Part shown: positions 50,509 to 64,000 of the stretch, one piece after another
Layout: every line of letters starts with the position of its first letter
Numbering within the stretch: the stretch's first letter is position 1
Assembly (NCBI GenBank): GCA_951406725.2
Contig: OX597819.1
Coordinates: 43,772,001 to 43,836,000 of the forward strand
DNA: 64,000 nt
Origin: Octopus vulgaris
Lineage: Eukaryota
Reading direction: 5' to 3'
Notes under the pieces: model-generated
Told to the model about the DNA's origin: nothing
Database searches by the model: none
Seen by the model: the letters and a program-made list of their open reading frames with translations, nothing else
Program-made: the position numbers and the translations under genes

Positions 50509-53434
50509 ATGCACAAGGTGTCAGCCCTTCCATCAATGCACAAAAATGGAAGGTCCAATTCATTGAAGACTGGGTTGGTAACCATTCACACCACATCCCT
50601 TTCTTCATTCTCACTGAGACCCACCTTGACAACTCCCACTTGGAAGCCGAAGTGAGAGTGAAGAATTTCACAACCATCCGCGCGGATCGTATCGGCAGGA
50701 GGAAGGGTGGAACTGCCATTTTCCTGCATGATTCATTTACGGCAGATGGAAATAGTATATTCTCCAACGGCTACTGTGAATCAGTCACCGTGCACAACAA
50801 AGCCTGACAGTAATTGGGCTCTATAGGCCGCCCCAAACACCCATACTGTGCTTTAAAGAATGCCTCAACAGCATTAAGTGCTTTATTCAACAGTGCCATT
50901 CTAGCAACATACTCATGATGGGAGACTTCAATCTACCCTGTGTTGACTGGACTACAAACTGTTTGAAACCAAGCACTCCCGCCTCAACCGCTGACAAAGA
51001 AGCAGCAGAGTCACTTTTCGACTTTACGAATGAGTTTTTCTTGTCCCAACTTGTCCTTGCACCAACAAGACATCAGAACATTTTGGACCTAGTGTTTAGT
51101 AACCACACTAACACTATACATAACGTTACAGTGGAAAAAACCCTTCTTTCAGACCATGACATGGTTCTCTGTAACATGAGATTCCACCAGCCGAAAGCTA
51201 ATCCTAGTGACCTCCCTCCAGCCCACCCATTTGACAACATGGATCTCCATAATGCCAACTGGGATGCAATCAGGAACGAGCTATCACATGTTGACTGGTC
51301 CTTTACACATACACACATCTCCACCAACCATAAAACATCTTGGCAGATCTTTGTAGACACCGTCACAGACATATGTGCAAAACACTCCCCACCAAGACCT
51401 GTGAACAAAAAGTGCAGAATCCCCCAAAACAGAAAAACCATTATCAGAAAAATAAAAAGAACAAACAAAAAAATTAACAAACTAAAGTACTGCCAACAGC
51501 AACACACACATTCGACGGCTATCGCACTGCTTGAATCCAAAAAATATAACCTCCAACAATGCATGAAGACCCTCATCAATAACCAAAGATCAGCTGAGGA
51601 GAAGTGGGCCATTGAAAAAATCAAACTCAACCCCAAAGTGTTCTTTTCATTTGCGAGGAAACGCAGGGTCACTGTCTCCACTGTTGGCCCTCTAATTGAC
51701 GAAACTGGCACTCTCCAAGATAATGCCAAATCCATGGCCGAGATACTGCAGAAACAATACTGCTCTGTTTTCAGCAATCCTGATATGGCCGATCTGGGCT
51801 GTATCAGTGATGTCAACCCCCAACACACTATATCGGACATAACGTTTAGTGCCCCTGATGTCTTAGCGGCGATAAACGAAATAAAACACAATTCAGCAGT
51901 AGGCCCCGATAGGTTCCCTGCTTGTGTCCTGAAGGTGTGTCGACACCAACTTGCATCTCCCCTTGCTAATCTGTGGAGAAACTCACTGGATGCTGGCTAT
52001 ATTCCAAAAAACCTTCTGTCCCAGTCTGTTGTCCCAGTTTTCAAAAAGGGAAACAAGTCCCTTGCAGTGAACTACCGTCCGATCTCACTCACCTCTCATA
52101 TCATCAAGGTATTTGAGAGGGTGGTGAGATCTCGAATAACCTAATTTCTGGAAAGCAACAGACGGCTGATCTCCAACCAACATGGGTTCCGTAATGGAAG
52201 GGACTGCCTAACGCAGCTCCTGCATCACTTTGATGACATTTTGAGAGCTTTGGGAGAGGGCTCCAACACCGATGTCATCTACCTTGATTTCAGTAAGACC
52301 TTCGACAGGGTCGATCACAAGATCCTATTGAAAAAACTATCCAACATTGGTGTCTCTGGAAAGTTACTGAAATGGATCAAGTGTTTCCTGACAGACAGAT
52401 CTCAACATGTTGTAGTTGAAGGGGTAAAATCAAGCCCAGCCAAAGTCAGTAGTGGCGTTCCGCAAGGCACTGTGCTGGGCCCACTTCTTTTCATCATTTA
52501 CATTAATGACATTAATGACATCATCAAGCACAGCAACATAAAAATTTTTGCAGATGATTCCAAGCTACAGAAGGTCATAAATGAGGCGAGTGACCGGACA
52601 TGCCTTCAGTCAGATCTACTGGCTGTTATCCAATGGGCAGAAAAAAACAATATGCTGCTGAACGAGGATAAATTTGAGTTAATCCACTTTGGAAAAGAGG
52701 ATGCCCTGAAACTCCCATACTCCCTTCCTTCAGGTGAAACTCTCGCGGCGTCCAACGACATCAGAGACTTGGGAGTATTTGTGGACAACAACATAAGCTG
52801 GGCCACTCATATAAACACCAAAGTTGACATGGCCCGCAGAATGTGTTCCTGGATTCTCAGAACTTTCCAGTCGAGAGATATCCACACCATTATCCTTCTC
52901 TTCTCCACTTTTGCCCGACCCCACCTTGAATACTGTTGTCCACTGTGGTCTCCCCACACAATACAAGGTATCATAAAAGTTGAAGCACCTCAAAGGGCAA
53001 TCACAAAAAAGATAGATGGCATGACAGGCCTCGACTATTGGGGTCGACTAGAAAAGCTAAAACTTTATTCTCTCCAACGTCGTCGTGAGCGCTACATCAT
53101 CTGCATGATGTGGAAAATATTCCATCAGCATTGCCCAAATGATGTTGGCATCACCTTCAGGGTACATCCAAGGCTTGGGCCCCGTGCCATCCGCCCAAAA
53201 CAAAAATCGCACTCTCATCTCATAACAACAATACGGCACAATTATTTCACCTCAATTGGCCCCGCTCTCTTTAACATTACACCAAAACACATTAAAACAG
53301 AAACTGACCCTATAGGGTTCAAGAAGTCTTTGGACAGATTCCTTCAAGAAATCCCGGATAAACCCCCTACACCCGGATATGTCTCTGTAAACAATAACTC
53401 TCTACTTGAGTGGGCCATAGTGCCCAAATTCTGA
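50509..53434 (+). pseudogene. LINE ORF2 endonuclease/reverse transcriptase with one frameshift (~50807) and one in-frame TAA (52142-52144)
   Basis: ORFs 50915-52144 and 52241-53434 share a frame separated by one stop; the 50304-50807 ORF is in another frame. Confidence 0.92.
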
Positions 53435-53527
53435 CTTGAAAGACTTCACCAGGTGGTGCTATTAAGTTAGACATGGCCTGGGCCAATAATGGCCGAAACC
53501 TATCAAAGTATCAAAGTATCAAAGTAT
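50509..53527 (+). mobile_element. CR1-group LINE, nearly complete ORF2 (AP endonuclease + reverse transcriptase), 5'-truncated
   Basis: APE motifs LTETHL, GGTAIF, LYRPP, MGDFNLP, ILDLVFSN, LSDHD. RT motifs NYRPISLTS, LDFSKTFDRV, GVPQGTVLGPLLF, FADD. (TATCAAAG)x3 tail at 53501-53526. Confidence 0.97.
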
Positions 53528-53699
53528 ATGTTGTGTACATTCTATGTGTGCGTGCGTCTGTAGAGTTGTGTTACATAAAGTAATAATGGTTGTGGTTGTA
53601 GTAGTGGTGGTGATGGTGACAGTGCCAGTGATGGTGGTAGTGTTACATTGTGTAGTGATTGTGGCCTAATGTAGTAGTTATGCTTTATTTTCGTGTGCT

Positions 53700-54050
53700 G
53701 TTTTGAGAGCAGCAGTGTGGATCTTCACGTAGTCTGGTACTTATTCTGTTGGTGTCTGGCACTTTTTCTATCTGTATTATTGATGAACCGCTAAGTTGCA
53801 GGCAGGTAAATAGACAAACCAGTTGTCAGGTTGCAGGAAACAAACGCAAAGGTGCGCACATGCGCACACGTATGCATACGCGCACACACACATACATATA
53901 CACGACAAGCTTCCGTACAGTTTCCGCTTACCGAATTCATTCACAAAACACTAGTCAGTTTGTGGCTATAGCAGAAGACACCCCAGGTGCCAGGCAGTGG
54001 AACTGAACTCAAAACTAGGCGATTGCCAATACAACTACTAATTCTCACAG
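53700..54050 (-). mobile_element. Highly decayed SINE-B
   Basis: GAACCGCTAAGTT..AGTTGTCA..ACGACAAGCTTCCGTACAGTTTCCG..GCTATAGCAGAAGACAC..GTGGAACTGAAC. Confidence 0.6.
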
Positions 54051-54559
54051 GCGTAAGGGAGTTGCCATTGTCAGTTCAGTCTTTAGAATGACAGGCTAAC
54101 AAGGTACTGGTCGATCAAAGATACTGACATGTTGTGTAATTGGAATACGAAGTATGGCGGTGTAATGGCTATCATTTTCTTTAAGAGCAGCCCGACGTGT
54201 TTTGCTGAACAAAACGCACTGTTCGGTCCAGAAATCGAAATTACGACCTGACGATCTCGAGTGCTAAGCCTTAAATTGCTAGGTCATCACCTATGCTTTC
54301 TGGATATCTGTTCCTTATGCATATCCAGGCTAAAATGGAGAAATTATGATTTTTAGATGTTGTTATCATCTTTGATATTGTTTGCGAGTGAGTTTTCTCG
54401 CGTAATAGCACGGGCCGTGTTAGTTGAAGGTTTCTGCGGCAACAAAATGCTCCTTTCATACGTAGGTCCATTTGCGCTTTCATAAGTAGTACATTTATGT
54501 GGCTGTATATATGGTCTATGGTTATAATTTGTGTCGAAACTAAGGTGGTGAGCTGGAAC

Positions 54560-54756
54560 AATCGTTAGCTCGCCGGTCAAAACGCTTAGCGGCGTTTCGT
54601 CCGTCTTTACCTCCCGAGTTTAAATTCCGCTGAGGTCAACTTTGTCTTTTATCCTTTCCGGGTCGATAAAATAAATACCAGTTGAGCACTGGGGTCAACG
54701 TAATCGACTATACTCCTCAACCGAAATATCAGGCCTTGTGCCTATAATAGAAAGGA
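54560..54756 (+). mobile_element. SINE-A monomer
   Basis: ATCGTTAGC..GAGTTTAAATTCCGCTGAGGTC..TCCTTTCCGGGTCGATAAAATAAATACCAG..GGCCTTGTGCC. Confidence 0.8.
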
Positions 54757-54878
54757 TCATCATATAATAGAATGTATTATCATATCAACATACTAGGAAT
54801 ACACACACACACACACACGTACACACACACTCACACACACACACACACATAGTTTATTGTAGATTGTTTGGACAATAA

Positions 54879-55200
54879 AGGCGCTTGGTTTAGTGGTTAG
54901 GGTATTCGACTCACGATCATGCGGTCGTGCGTTCAATTCTCGCCGGCGCTTTGTGTCCTTGAAAAGACACTTTATTTCACATTACTCCTGTCCACTCAGC
55001 TGGCAAAAATGAGTAGTACCTGTATTTCAAAGGGCCAGCCTTGTCACATTCTGTGTCACGTTGAATCTACTCGAGAACTACGTTAAGGGTATTCGTGTCT
55101 GTGGAGTGCTAAGCCACTAGCACGTTAATTTAACGAGCAGGTGGTTCCGTTGATCGGATCAACAGGAACCCACGTCATTGTGACCAATGGAGTGTCAGTT
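54879..55200 (+). mobile_element. SINE-C long form
   Basis: Same-strand match to the reverse complement of 36646-36969. Confidence 0.88.
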
Positions 55201-56486
55201 TCTTTGGGGTTTTTTTTTGGCAAGTGATTGAGGACCCAGTTACGACTAATATGCTAGAAAGTTAATCTAATACAGTTTTGTGTATCATTGTTACTTTCAT
55301 GTGATGACCAAAAGGGATTTTTTTTATTAATCTATGTATGTCTGTGCATCGTCTTGCCTTTCTTTCCCAATGAATTCTGCGAGTGCTGTGAATATTTCGA
55401 AGGGGTTGCTTGGGTATGTGTTTTAGATTTATGTTGTTATGTATGATGACAAATTGAGAAAGAGAGAGAGAGAGAGAGAGAGAAACAAAGTGAGAGCAAG
55501 CGAGGGAGAGAAAGAGAATCTGGTATGTGCTACTTGCTTGTTGTAGAGCAGATATGGGCAAACTGTGACCCGCAAGGACATTCTGAATAGCACGCCTAAG
55601 GAAAAATTACTTTGAAATTCTTTTAAGTAACGCGGCTCTCCTGATGATCATCCATGTTTTCATGCAGCGCACGTCTCGAAAGATCACAAACTGCGGCAGT
55701 AATTTTATTCAGTTGAACACACGTCATTGATTGGTTGAAATTACCGAAATAGGCCTACTTTAACGTGAAATTACTTCGTAAATATAAGTTCTTCTCAAAA
55801 ATACTAAGACTAAAACATGTTTTATATGACATTCTATCAGCGTCAGAAATTTGAAAGTGATTAGTTACAAAAAATTATTTTTTAAATCTGCACGTCAAAC
55901 GGTAAAGATCCCAGATTTTAGAAACCCCATTTCAATTTCGGGTGTTCTATAGAAGAAAGAAGCAAAAGTCATAGATTCACGTAGAAGCTGCTTATTTTTA
56001 ATTGTCTTCTTGGTGTGGACGTTTATGTAAGATTTTCGGGAAATGTCTGGTAAGTACGATTACTTGGCGTTGCAATGTGGGTATATTATTTGAGGTCGTT
56101 ATTGTGAAAGGAGTTATCATGTGACCGTTGTTGTTGCTGTTCTTGTTATTGGTGATGATGAAGTCAATTATTCTATATAATATTTTATACTTACTTTTCT
56201 GGCTTACGTTGATACAAATATTTACCAGTTTCCTTTTATTCTATGGCACATATGTATATATGTATATGTGTGCGTGTGTGTGTGTTTGTGTGTGTACGCG
56301 TAAGTGTGTGTGTGTATGTATATATATATAAATATATTTACACGTATTTATATATATATTTGTATATTTGTCAGTTTTCATTTTTTCTATACTTATATGT
56401 ATGTATGTGTGTGTATATATATATATATTTACACATTTATATTTGTTAGTTTAATTTTTTCTTTATAGGCGTGTATATATATATAT

Positions 56487-56542
<56 letters not shown>

Positions 56543-56809
56543 CATTTATATGTATGTATATATGTTGCCTTGTTCAGCTGTTTGATGCTGAGTTTTATTT
56601 CGAGTTTTGGTGTATTGTGTTTGAGATCGTCTTTGGTTATTTTTTTTATTAGTTTGACTATTTCTGACGTATAATTGAGGTAGTATATTTTATGTTGCCT
56701 TATGGGATATGTTTTTTTTTTTTATATTTTAGATGTTTCTACCATTATTTTATTGAATGTAAGTAATGCAGCGTCGTTGTTTGGTTTGTGGTGTTGTTGA
56801 ATACTGAAA

Positions 56810-56975
56810 AACCTTGTTTCTGGTTATGTTTCTTTTCATTGTGCTTTTTTTTTGAAGTTTGCTACAGTGTTTTTCCAGTCTTCATTGTTGAGCCAGGGTA
56901 TCGTGATGATAATTGATAGGTGATCTAAGGAAAGTTGGGGAATTGTTTGCCAAGTCGTAGCGATAGCTGGAGTGT

Positions 56976-57073
<98 letters not shown>

Positions 57074-57295
57074 ACCATTAGATGATATTCGAGGAAAAGT
57101 TGTTGTAATTGTATGTATTAGTGTGGATTGTTTTGGATACAAAGGGAGTTTCGTTGAGATGTTACACTTTTTGGTTTATCAGTACGGTTTGAAAACAAGG
57201 AGGTGTTGAGTGCATCGAAGTCTCTATTGATGATGGTGTCATAGTGTTAATCTGTAGATGACGTGTGTAACCTTGTACAAGAGTTGAAATGGCCA
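56810..57295 (-). mobile_element. Decayed LINE AP-endonuclease fragment split by (CA)n
   Basis: Minus-strand TIINRDFDAL (GDFNA-like) and LSLDHLSIIITI..NFKK (SDH..I..NFKKA-like) lie on either side of the (TG)n at 56972-57071. Confidence 0.45.
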
Positions 57296-57299
57296 GTAC

Positions 57300-57364
<65 letters not shown>

Positions 57365-57369
57365 TTATA

Positions 57370-57404
<35 letters not shown>

Positions 57405-57440
57405 ATTCACCCACACGTATATATTATAGATAGATATGTA

Positions 57441-57483
<43 letters not shown>

Positions 57484-57609
57484 TTATATATATATGTATA
57501 TATATATATATGTGTATATATGTATATCTATGAATATATTTTTATATAAACACCTACACACGCATATATATATTCATATATATATATTCATATATATGCA
57601 CGTCTATGC

Positions 57610-57731
57610 GCGCGTGTGTGTGTGTGTCTCACCATCACTTGACAACTAGTGTTGGAATGTTTATGTCCACACAACTTAGCGGGCGGACAAACGGGACCGA
57701 CAGAATAAGTACTAGAATTGAAGGGAATAAT
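57610..57731 (+). mobile_element. SINE-B 3' half, interrupted by a MITE
   Basis: CACTTGACAAC..AACTTAGCGG..GACCGACAGAATAAGTACTAG. Confidence 0.65.
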
Positions 57732-57733
57732 TA

Positions 57734-57815
57734 CAGTAATCCCGCGAATATCGCGGGTGTTACGTTCCAAAGCCCCCCGCGAAAGGTGATAATCTGCGAA
57801 GTAGAACAGTACTGC
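57734..57815. mobile_element. pogo/Tigger-type MITE end, same family as 32276-32549
   Basis: TA|CAGTAATCCCGCGAATATCGCGGGTGTTACGTTCCAA..CCCCGCGA.AGGTGA..GCGAAGTAGAACAGTAC matches the reverse complement of 32470-32549. Confidence 0.75.
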
Positions 57816-58302
57816 GAAAATCCGAGTTGGAAGCCCAAATTTCCAAGTTCTTTCACAGGTCTCAGAAAAACTGAAGGACCACTGCAATATGTGTGAATCT
57901 GAGAGAGGAACATGTTGCATAAAATCATACTTAACTGGTCCTCCTAAAAGCCAGTAACTTTTCAGCGCACTACCTTTCTTATGTCTGTGTATGTGTAAGT
58001 GTATGTGTGTCTGTATGGACATATGTATTTATGTATATGTATATTTATATGCATACGTACATGCATGCATATATACATACATACACACATACATTTATAG
58101 TGTTTCATATTGTATACATTATACACTATATTTAGTTGCATATCATATATTCTATTATAAAATGCATGGATGTGCGCGTATATAATACTTAATATATATA
58201 GCATATATATATATATAAATACATACTTACAGATATATATACACTCATACACATCCTCACATATACTTATACACTCTTTATTACACAAACTCGCGCAAAT
58301 TC

Positions 58303-58666
58303 ATGTATATATATAATATACGTGTGTGTGTGTGTATGTGTGAGTGTGTATATGTATATATATCTACATATATGTGTGTATATACTTATATACAAATACA
58401 TATATATACACACAAACATGTGTGTATATGTATGTGTGTATGTATGTTTGTATATATAATGTACATGTATAGTTTATATGTATATATATAATATGCGTGT
58501 GTGTGTATGTGTGAGTGTGTGCGTATGTATATGTATATATATCTACATATATGTGTGTATATACTTATATACAAATACATATATATATATATATACACAC
58601 AAACATGTGTGTATATGCATGTGTGTATGTATGTTTGTATATATAATGTACCTGTATAGTTTATAT
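58303..58666. repeat. ~175-185-bp tandem duplication of degenerate microsatellite
   Basis: ATCTACATATATGTGTGTATATACTTATATACAAATAC..AAACATG..ATAATGTAC.TGTATAGTTTATA occurs twice. Confidence 0.85.
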
Positions 58667-60475
58667 TTTCAGTTTATATCATTTGCAGCAACTTAAAAAT
58701 GGTGCATGATATGAAGACAATATTATATTTTTATTTTCTTGAGAAATATTTCGCTAACATTCTTATATAATAAGGAAAATAGACAAACATATCTGGAATA
58801 AAATCTTCTTGTCTATTTCTAGCCCAGTCACTGCAGTTGTAGTGTTAGCTGCCATTGTTTTTTCGTTTTGTTACTTTGATTTTCGTTTTACTTATGTCGG
58901 AAGCACAAATAAATATATACACACTCGTAGCACACCGCTTTCTTTCTCTACCCCCTCTCTCTCTTTCTTTCCCTCACACTTTCGCCTTCTGCATATGCAT
59001 ACATACATATATTTATACATACATATGTGTGTGTGTGAATGTATTAATGTATGCTTGTATATAAAATTATTTACAAAATTATGAATAAAAACGCGCACAT
59101 ACATACATATACATGTGTATATATATATTTATGTATATATATACTACACGTGCTTACTTACACTTATATACGCACGCACATACAGTTGTATCTATATAAA
59201 AACCATATACACTCGTATACATGTATGAGTGTGTATATGAATGTGCACATAGCAAGATATTGGTACAGCTATTGATATATAATGAAATATATATATACAT
59301 ATACATACATATGTATGTATATATATATATATATATACATATAAAAATAAATATGTGTATATATGTATACATACATATATATGTATATATATACGTGTAT
59401 GTATGTATGTACACGCACACACACACACATATATATGTATATGTATATATATGTGTGTATGTATATTAACGCAAGGGATTGCTCGGTTCAAATTTAGCAT
59501 TTTCAATCAATAATTGAAAACAGGTGCGCAAAATCTAGGTGGATGCCTCCGCCCCTTCCATTTCGTCGTTTCTTTGTCTCCTTTCTTTCTTCCTTTCTTT
59601 CTATCTATCTATCTTTCTTTCTTTCGTTTCTTGATTCATTCTTTCTCCTTCTCTCTCACGCACAATCGCACACAAACTCACTCTTTATATCATGTACAAA
59701 AACATGGGCGCATATACACACATATGTGCATATGCATAACCAATCACACCTTTCAGAAATACATACACTCACCTATGGTTGTATAAAAAATAGTGCATAT
59801 ATTCATGTAGTCGATAATTATTCCCACACTTTCACATACATACCTACACACATACACACTTACAAAACATACACATGCAAACACACATGTACAAATATAT
59901 ACATACCTATATACATATATCCAGTTTATGTGGGTATCTTAAAATATACAATCAAATTGTTAAAATTATAACTGTTCCCTTGATTTAAATCATGTTATCG
60001 AACTCTTAATAATAGTTTCAAATTTTGGCACAAGGCCAGCAATTTTGTGGGATGGGGTAAGTTGATTACATCGACCCTAGTGATCAAATGCTACATATTT
60101 TCGTGCACGATGGGATGCCGAATGCATTTTTGCCGAAGGACAAGAAGCTGAAGCCAAGAAGTCGAACGGACACAATGCCGAACGGACATAAAGTCGAAGG
60201 GCCTCAATAACAACAACAACAACAACAACAAGAACACCAACACCAACAATAACAACAGCAACAAGAACACCAACACCAACACCAATAATAATAACAACAA
60301 CAACAACAATAATAGTAATAATAATAATAATGATATTAGTAGTGGTAGTAGTAGTAATAATAATAATGATATGATGATGATGATGACGATGATGATGATG
60401 ATGACGATGATGATGATGATGATAATAATAATAATAGTAATAATAATAATAATAATAATAATGATGATAATGATG

Positions 60476-60540
<65 letters not shown>

Positions 60541-60550
60541 AATAAATAAA

Positions 60551-61035
60551 CAAATGAAGGCTCTGGTATCCAGCATGCAAGTATGAAAGAGAAGGTTTGG
60601 AAGAAATGTTATAGAAGAGTTCGAGCAGTCCTGAAATCTGAGCTGAATGCATATAATAAGGTGTTAGCCATAAATTCTTTAGCAGTTCCAGTTGTTCTTT
60701 TTAGCTTCAATGTGCTTAACTAGAATACAAGTGAAATAATGAAAATTGACAGAAAAATCTGCAAACTACTGACTTGTAATAAGATGCACCATCCAAAGGC
60801 AGACGTTGATCGTCTTTACCTTCCCAGAGCTCAGGAAGGTAGAGGCTTGATCCAGCTTGAACTTACATACAAAACCACCACAATAAGACTGACCAAATAC
60901 CTTGAAACAACCAACGATTGGATGCTTAAACTTATCGAAAAACATGAAAGACCGAAAGAACTTCACTCTGTTCTGAAAGAGAGCAAAAATGTGTTGAAGT
61001 TTACATATAACCAAATGATAGAAAAAAGTAGGTAA
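60551..61035 (+). mobile_element. R4/Dong-clade LINE fragment (RT C-terminal/thumb region)
   Basis: YRRVRAVLKSELNAYNKVLAINSLAVPV..KIDRKICKLLT..HHPKADVDRLYLPRAQEGRGL; starts right after (TAA)n/(TAAA)n at 60420-60550. Confidence 0.85.
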
Positions 61036-61149
61036 GTATACAGAGAATACATTGAAAAAGAAGGGACATACGCGTAGTATACAAAGGTTAAAAGATGTGG
61101 TGGGGAGGATGATAGGTAAGTGGCCCTATGATACAGGAAGGCCTCGAGG

Positions 61150-61862
61150 GATAATTGAGAAACCCCACTATCCGAGATTTCCCTGATTCCCCGAGAGCAA
61201 GTACCCTCTCCAATTCCTTCTTTCCGACTCACAGGTCTACACTTAGAGAGGTACCAACCAGTCTAGCTATTTTCGCAACTATCACCCACTTATCAATAAA
61301 CTCACTCGTGGACAGCACTTCCCTCTCAGTTTTCTTTTCAAGTGACACTTGAAGAAGTCAATGAGAGCTCTACCAAAGAGGAATGTATCTGTTCTTATGC
61401 TTCTCAGCCTTGTCCACCAAACAACCTCTTTCGCCACAGACACCAGGCAAAGGAAAACTGCTTTGCTTGCCTGATTGAAGGAGGGCAGCGGAGTGATTCG
61501 ACTGACAGACGGATCCGTACCACACGTGACAGCAGCTGTTCGACATAGTCCACAAGTCAGCAATGCCCGGGCACCGAACAAGGGCGTGCGGAACGGTTTC
61601 GTCACTCTGCACGCACCTCGGACAAGTCCGTCTGACAGCACATCCTTGCCTGTAGAGTTTATCTCGAACCGGTAGCGCCACCTTGCCAAGGACATCTGGA
61701 AATTATCCATGATAGTTTCCGACCGGGAAGTCCTCCGGAACAGACTAGCCAGGTCGTTCTCGTCGGCGCCCGGAGTCTTCCCGAAAACGTCGTCGCACTT
61801 CCCCGCCACTAATCCTCTATAAATTTCTAAAGCGAAACATCCACCGATCCCATTGCCCGACT
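61150..61862 (-). mobile_element. Tx1/L1-clade LINE ORF2 C-terminal fragment (zf-RVT-like)
   Basis: ALPVRDKLYR..TCPRCVQSDETVPHALVRCPGIADLW and VAKEVVWWTR in two frames. Confidence 0.8.
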
Positions 61863-62249
61863 CTAGGCACAAGACCCAAAATTTTGAGGGAGGTGACCAG
61901 TCGATTTGATCGACTTAAGTACGCAACTGGTACTCAATTTATCGACTCCGAAAGGATGAAAGGTAAGGTCAACCTCGGCGGAATTTGAACTCTAAACATA
62001 AAGACAGACGAAATAACTATTTCTTTATTGCCCACAAGGGGCTAAACACAGAGGGGACAAACAAGGACAGACAAACGGATTAAGTCGTTTATATCGACCC
62101 CAGTGTGTTACTGGTACTTAATTAATCGACCCCGAAAGGATGAAAGGCAAAGTCGACCTCGGCGGAATTTGAACTCAGAACGTAAAGGCAGATGAAATAC
62201 GGCTACGCATTTCGCCCGGGTGCTAACGTTTCTGCCAGCTCGCCGCCTT
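61863..62249 (-). mobile_element. SINE-A dimer
   Basis: Two cores (~61920 and ~62105); head ends CAGCTCGCCGCCTT at 62249. Confidence 0.88.
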
Positions 62250-62477
62250 GAGGAGGGAGAGGAAATTGTTCCAATAAAGACACACAACTTAAGGGAATCA
62301 ATGTACTTCAAGTACTCTGGTTCCTATGGTAATGATAATAAGAAAGACGTCGTGGCAGTTGTGGAACAAGCTTCTCGACATCCAGCAATCTATTTGAAAG
62401 TCAATAGGGGTGACCTTCTTCATGGCATACACAGAGAGCTTTCTTTATGTGGAATTGAAACAAAAATTATGAAGAAA

Positions 62478-63010
62478 GAGCTGTCGTGGCTTCTGATTTT
62501 AACTGAATGGAAGTGTTATCATGTACATATTTCACCTTGGTGTAAAAGATGGGTTACAATAAATATTTCGCTCAATACCACAGATGTCCACGGCAGTTGC
62601 TTGACCTTAAGAGTTGAACATGCCTCTTAGTGGCTGACAGTATGTGCATATCACTAGTAGCAGTAGTGGGGAAACATCCTAGACATGTGTTGAGAGGAAT
62701 TCTTTGGGATTTGAATAATTCACCTCTGGAAATATGAATGTTCCGTTCGTCATCCTTAAACAAATCTTATTCGGAGACCTTTTGAGCAAGATGGGCTACG
62801 CTGCCTGATGGAAAGTCTAACTGCCCGTCCCCCCTCCCACTGCAAGGTCATGTGATGTTACCTTGATATGAGATCATCTCGCGCACGTATGGTTGTAATG
62901 CATGTACCAGGTGAACCTCTATCAGACGGGTAGGCATGATGGGTATATTGGGCTTCGTATATTTCTATCTCAGTGTCACTTTGGTGGTATGCATTACTCT
63001 CTAACTCCAC
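62478..63010 (+). mobile_element. ~530-bp non-coding repeat with (TAA)n tail, copy 2
   Basis: Homologous to the reverse complement of 10621-11150 (GGAAGTGTTATCATGTACAT, GAGAGGAATTCTTTGG, TGCAAGGTCATG, CATGATGGGTATATTGGGCTTCGTATATTT); (TAA)n at 63011-63175. Confidence 0.8.
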
Positions 63011-63101
63011 AATAATAATAATAATAATGATAATAATAATGATAGTAATAATAGTAATAATAGTAATAATAGCAGCAACAACAACAACAATAATAATAAT
63101 G

Positions 63102-63175
<74 letters not shown>

Positions 63176-63495
63176 TTCTATATTAACCACAAGAGTTTAC
63201 ATTAAGAAAAGCATTATGGACAGCACAGAACAAAACAAATAATGTGTGTGTTTATGTGTGTGAGCGTGTGTTGGGAGGGCTTTGCGTGTAAACAAGACTG
63301 ACAAAATTTTAAAGAAAGAAAGAAATCAACAATGTGTAATCCTCAATAGAGAGGAGACGTTTGTGGGCTGCTCATGGAAAAAACCCATAAAAAAAAACAT
63401 GGGTACCCTGCCTGACTTTTTTTCCAACAGGCGTATACTCAGGGTATACTCGCACCATTCTCGCCACTTTCATCCACCTTTCAGCAAACTGGCTA

Positions 63496-63545
<50 letters not shown>

Positions 63546-63619
63546 TGGAAGAACAAGAACAGCAATATTAACAATATGAAAAACAGTAACAAGGATAACA
63601 AAAGCAACAGCATCTCGAG

Positions 63620-63980
63620 ACAGTTAGTATACCAGTGAGTGTAGGAGCCCTTGGAATGATCACAGAAGGTACTGAAAATTATTTGAGGATGATTCCTGGC
63701 TTACAATCCATGCAGGAAGTGCAAAAGATTGTCTTAATTGCTACGTCACACGTACTGAGAAGAGCATGTCGCTGTGAATTTTCTCTCCTTTTTCCCCTTG
63801 ATTTTCAGTGTTTTCTTTTGTTCCATTTTTTATGCTTTTTCTTCTTTTCTTTTTCTCTCTGTCTTCCCCTTTTTTTCTGTCACATGACTTTGTAAATGAA
63901 CAACCTAGTGTGTTTATTTTAATGGCCTACCAAATGTATACAGTAAGTTTCGTTGCCCAAGATGTTGGGAAGAGGCCAGT
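63620..63980 (+). mobile_element. R4/Dong-clade LINE extreme 3' end
   Basis: IPVSVGALGMI..YLRMIPG..EVQKIVLIATSHVLRRA parallels LPIIVGALGTV..LQKTTLLGTA; (TAA)n upstream at 63497-63545 and (CAA)n after. Confidence 0.75.
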
Positions 63981-64000
63981 GACAACAACAACAACAAAAA

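Noticed and set aside
55641-55690. CTGATGA...GAAA spacing resembling a hammerhead
   Set aside because: The bases flanking the boxes do not pair to close stem II and there is no stem I; the region 55580-55911 may be a DNA-transposon end, but only one terminus is visible.

Overview
AT-rich, microsatellite-saturated animal non-coding DNA (intergenic or deep intronic). I found no supportable host exon, RNA gene or CRISPR array. The tRNA-derived SINE families and the repeat landscape resemble Octopus/coleoid cephalopod DNA (inference from recalled repeat families, not a search). Almost all ORF-track entries are translations of (TA)n, (TATG)n, (CA)n, (TAA)n and similar tracts. Real coding signal is all transposon-derived: four R4/Dong-type (RLE) LINE fragments, each abutting (TAA)n; a near-intact CR1-group ORF2 (50.5-53.5 kb) plus two more CR1-group pieces; two RTE 3' ends, one carrying three tandem C2H2 fingers; two Tx1/L1-like 3' pieces; two Tc1 and two DD37D/maT-like transposons; and Penelope remnants. 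Also present are MITEs and about 30 SINE copies from three modular families (called A, B and C here). Most notable: (i) short Penelope-LTR-like elements carrying minimal hammerhead ribozyme cores; (ii) a ~560-bp non-coding element ending in (TAA)n, a candidate Dong-dependent passenger; (iii) the triple-C2H2 RTE tail; (iv) a ~390-bp foldback at a transposon end; (v) an apparent pairing of each retroelement family with its own microsatellite. Boundaries were set by eye and are approximate except where TSDs or TIRs are quoted.
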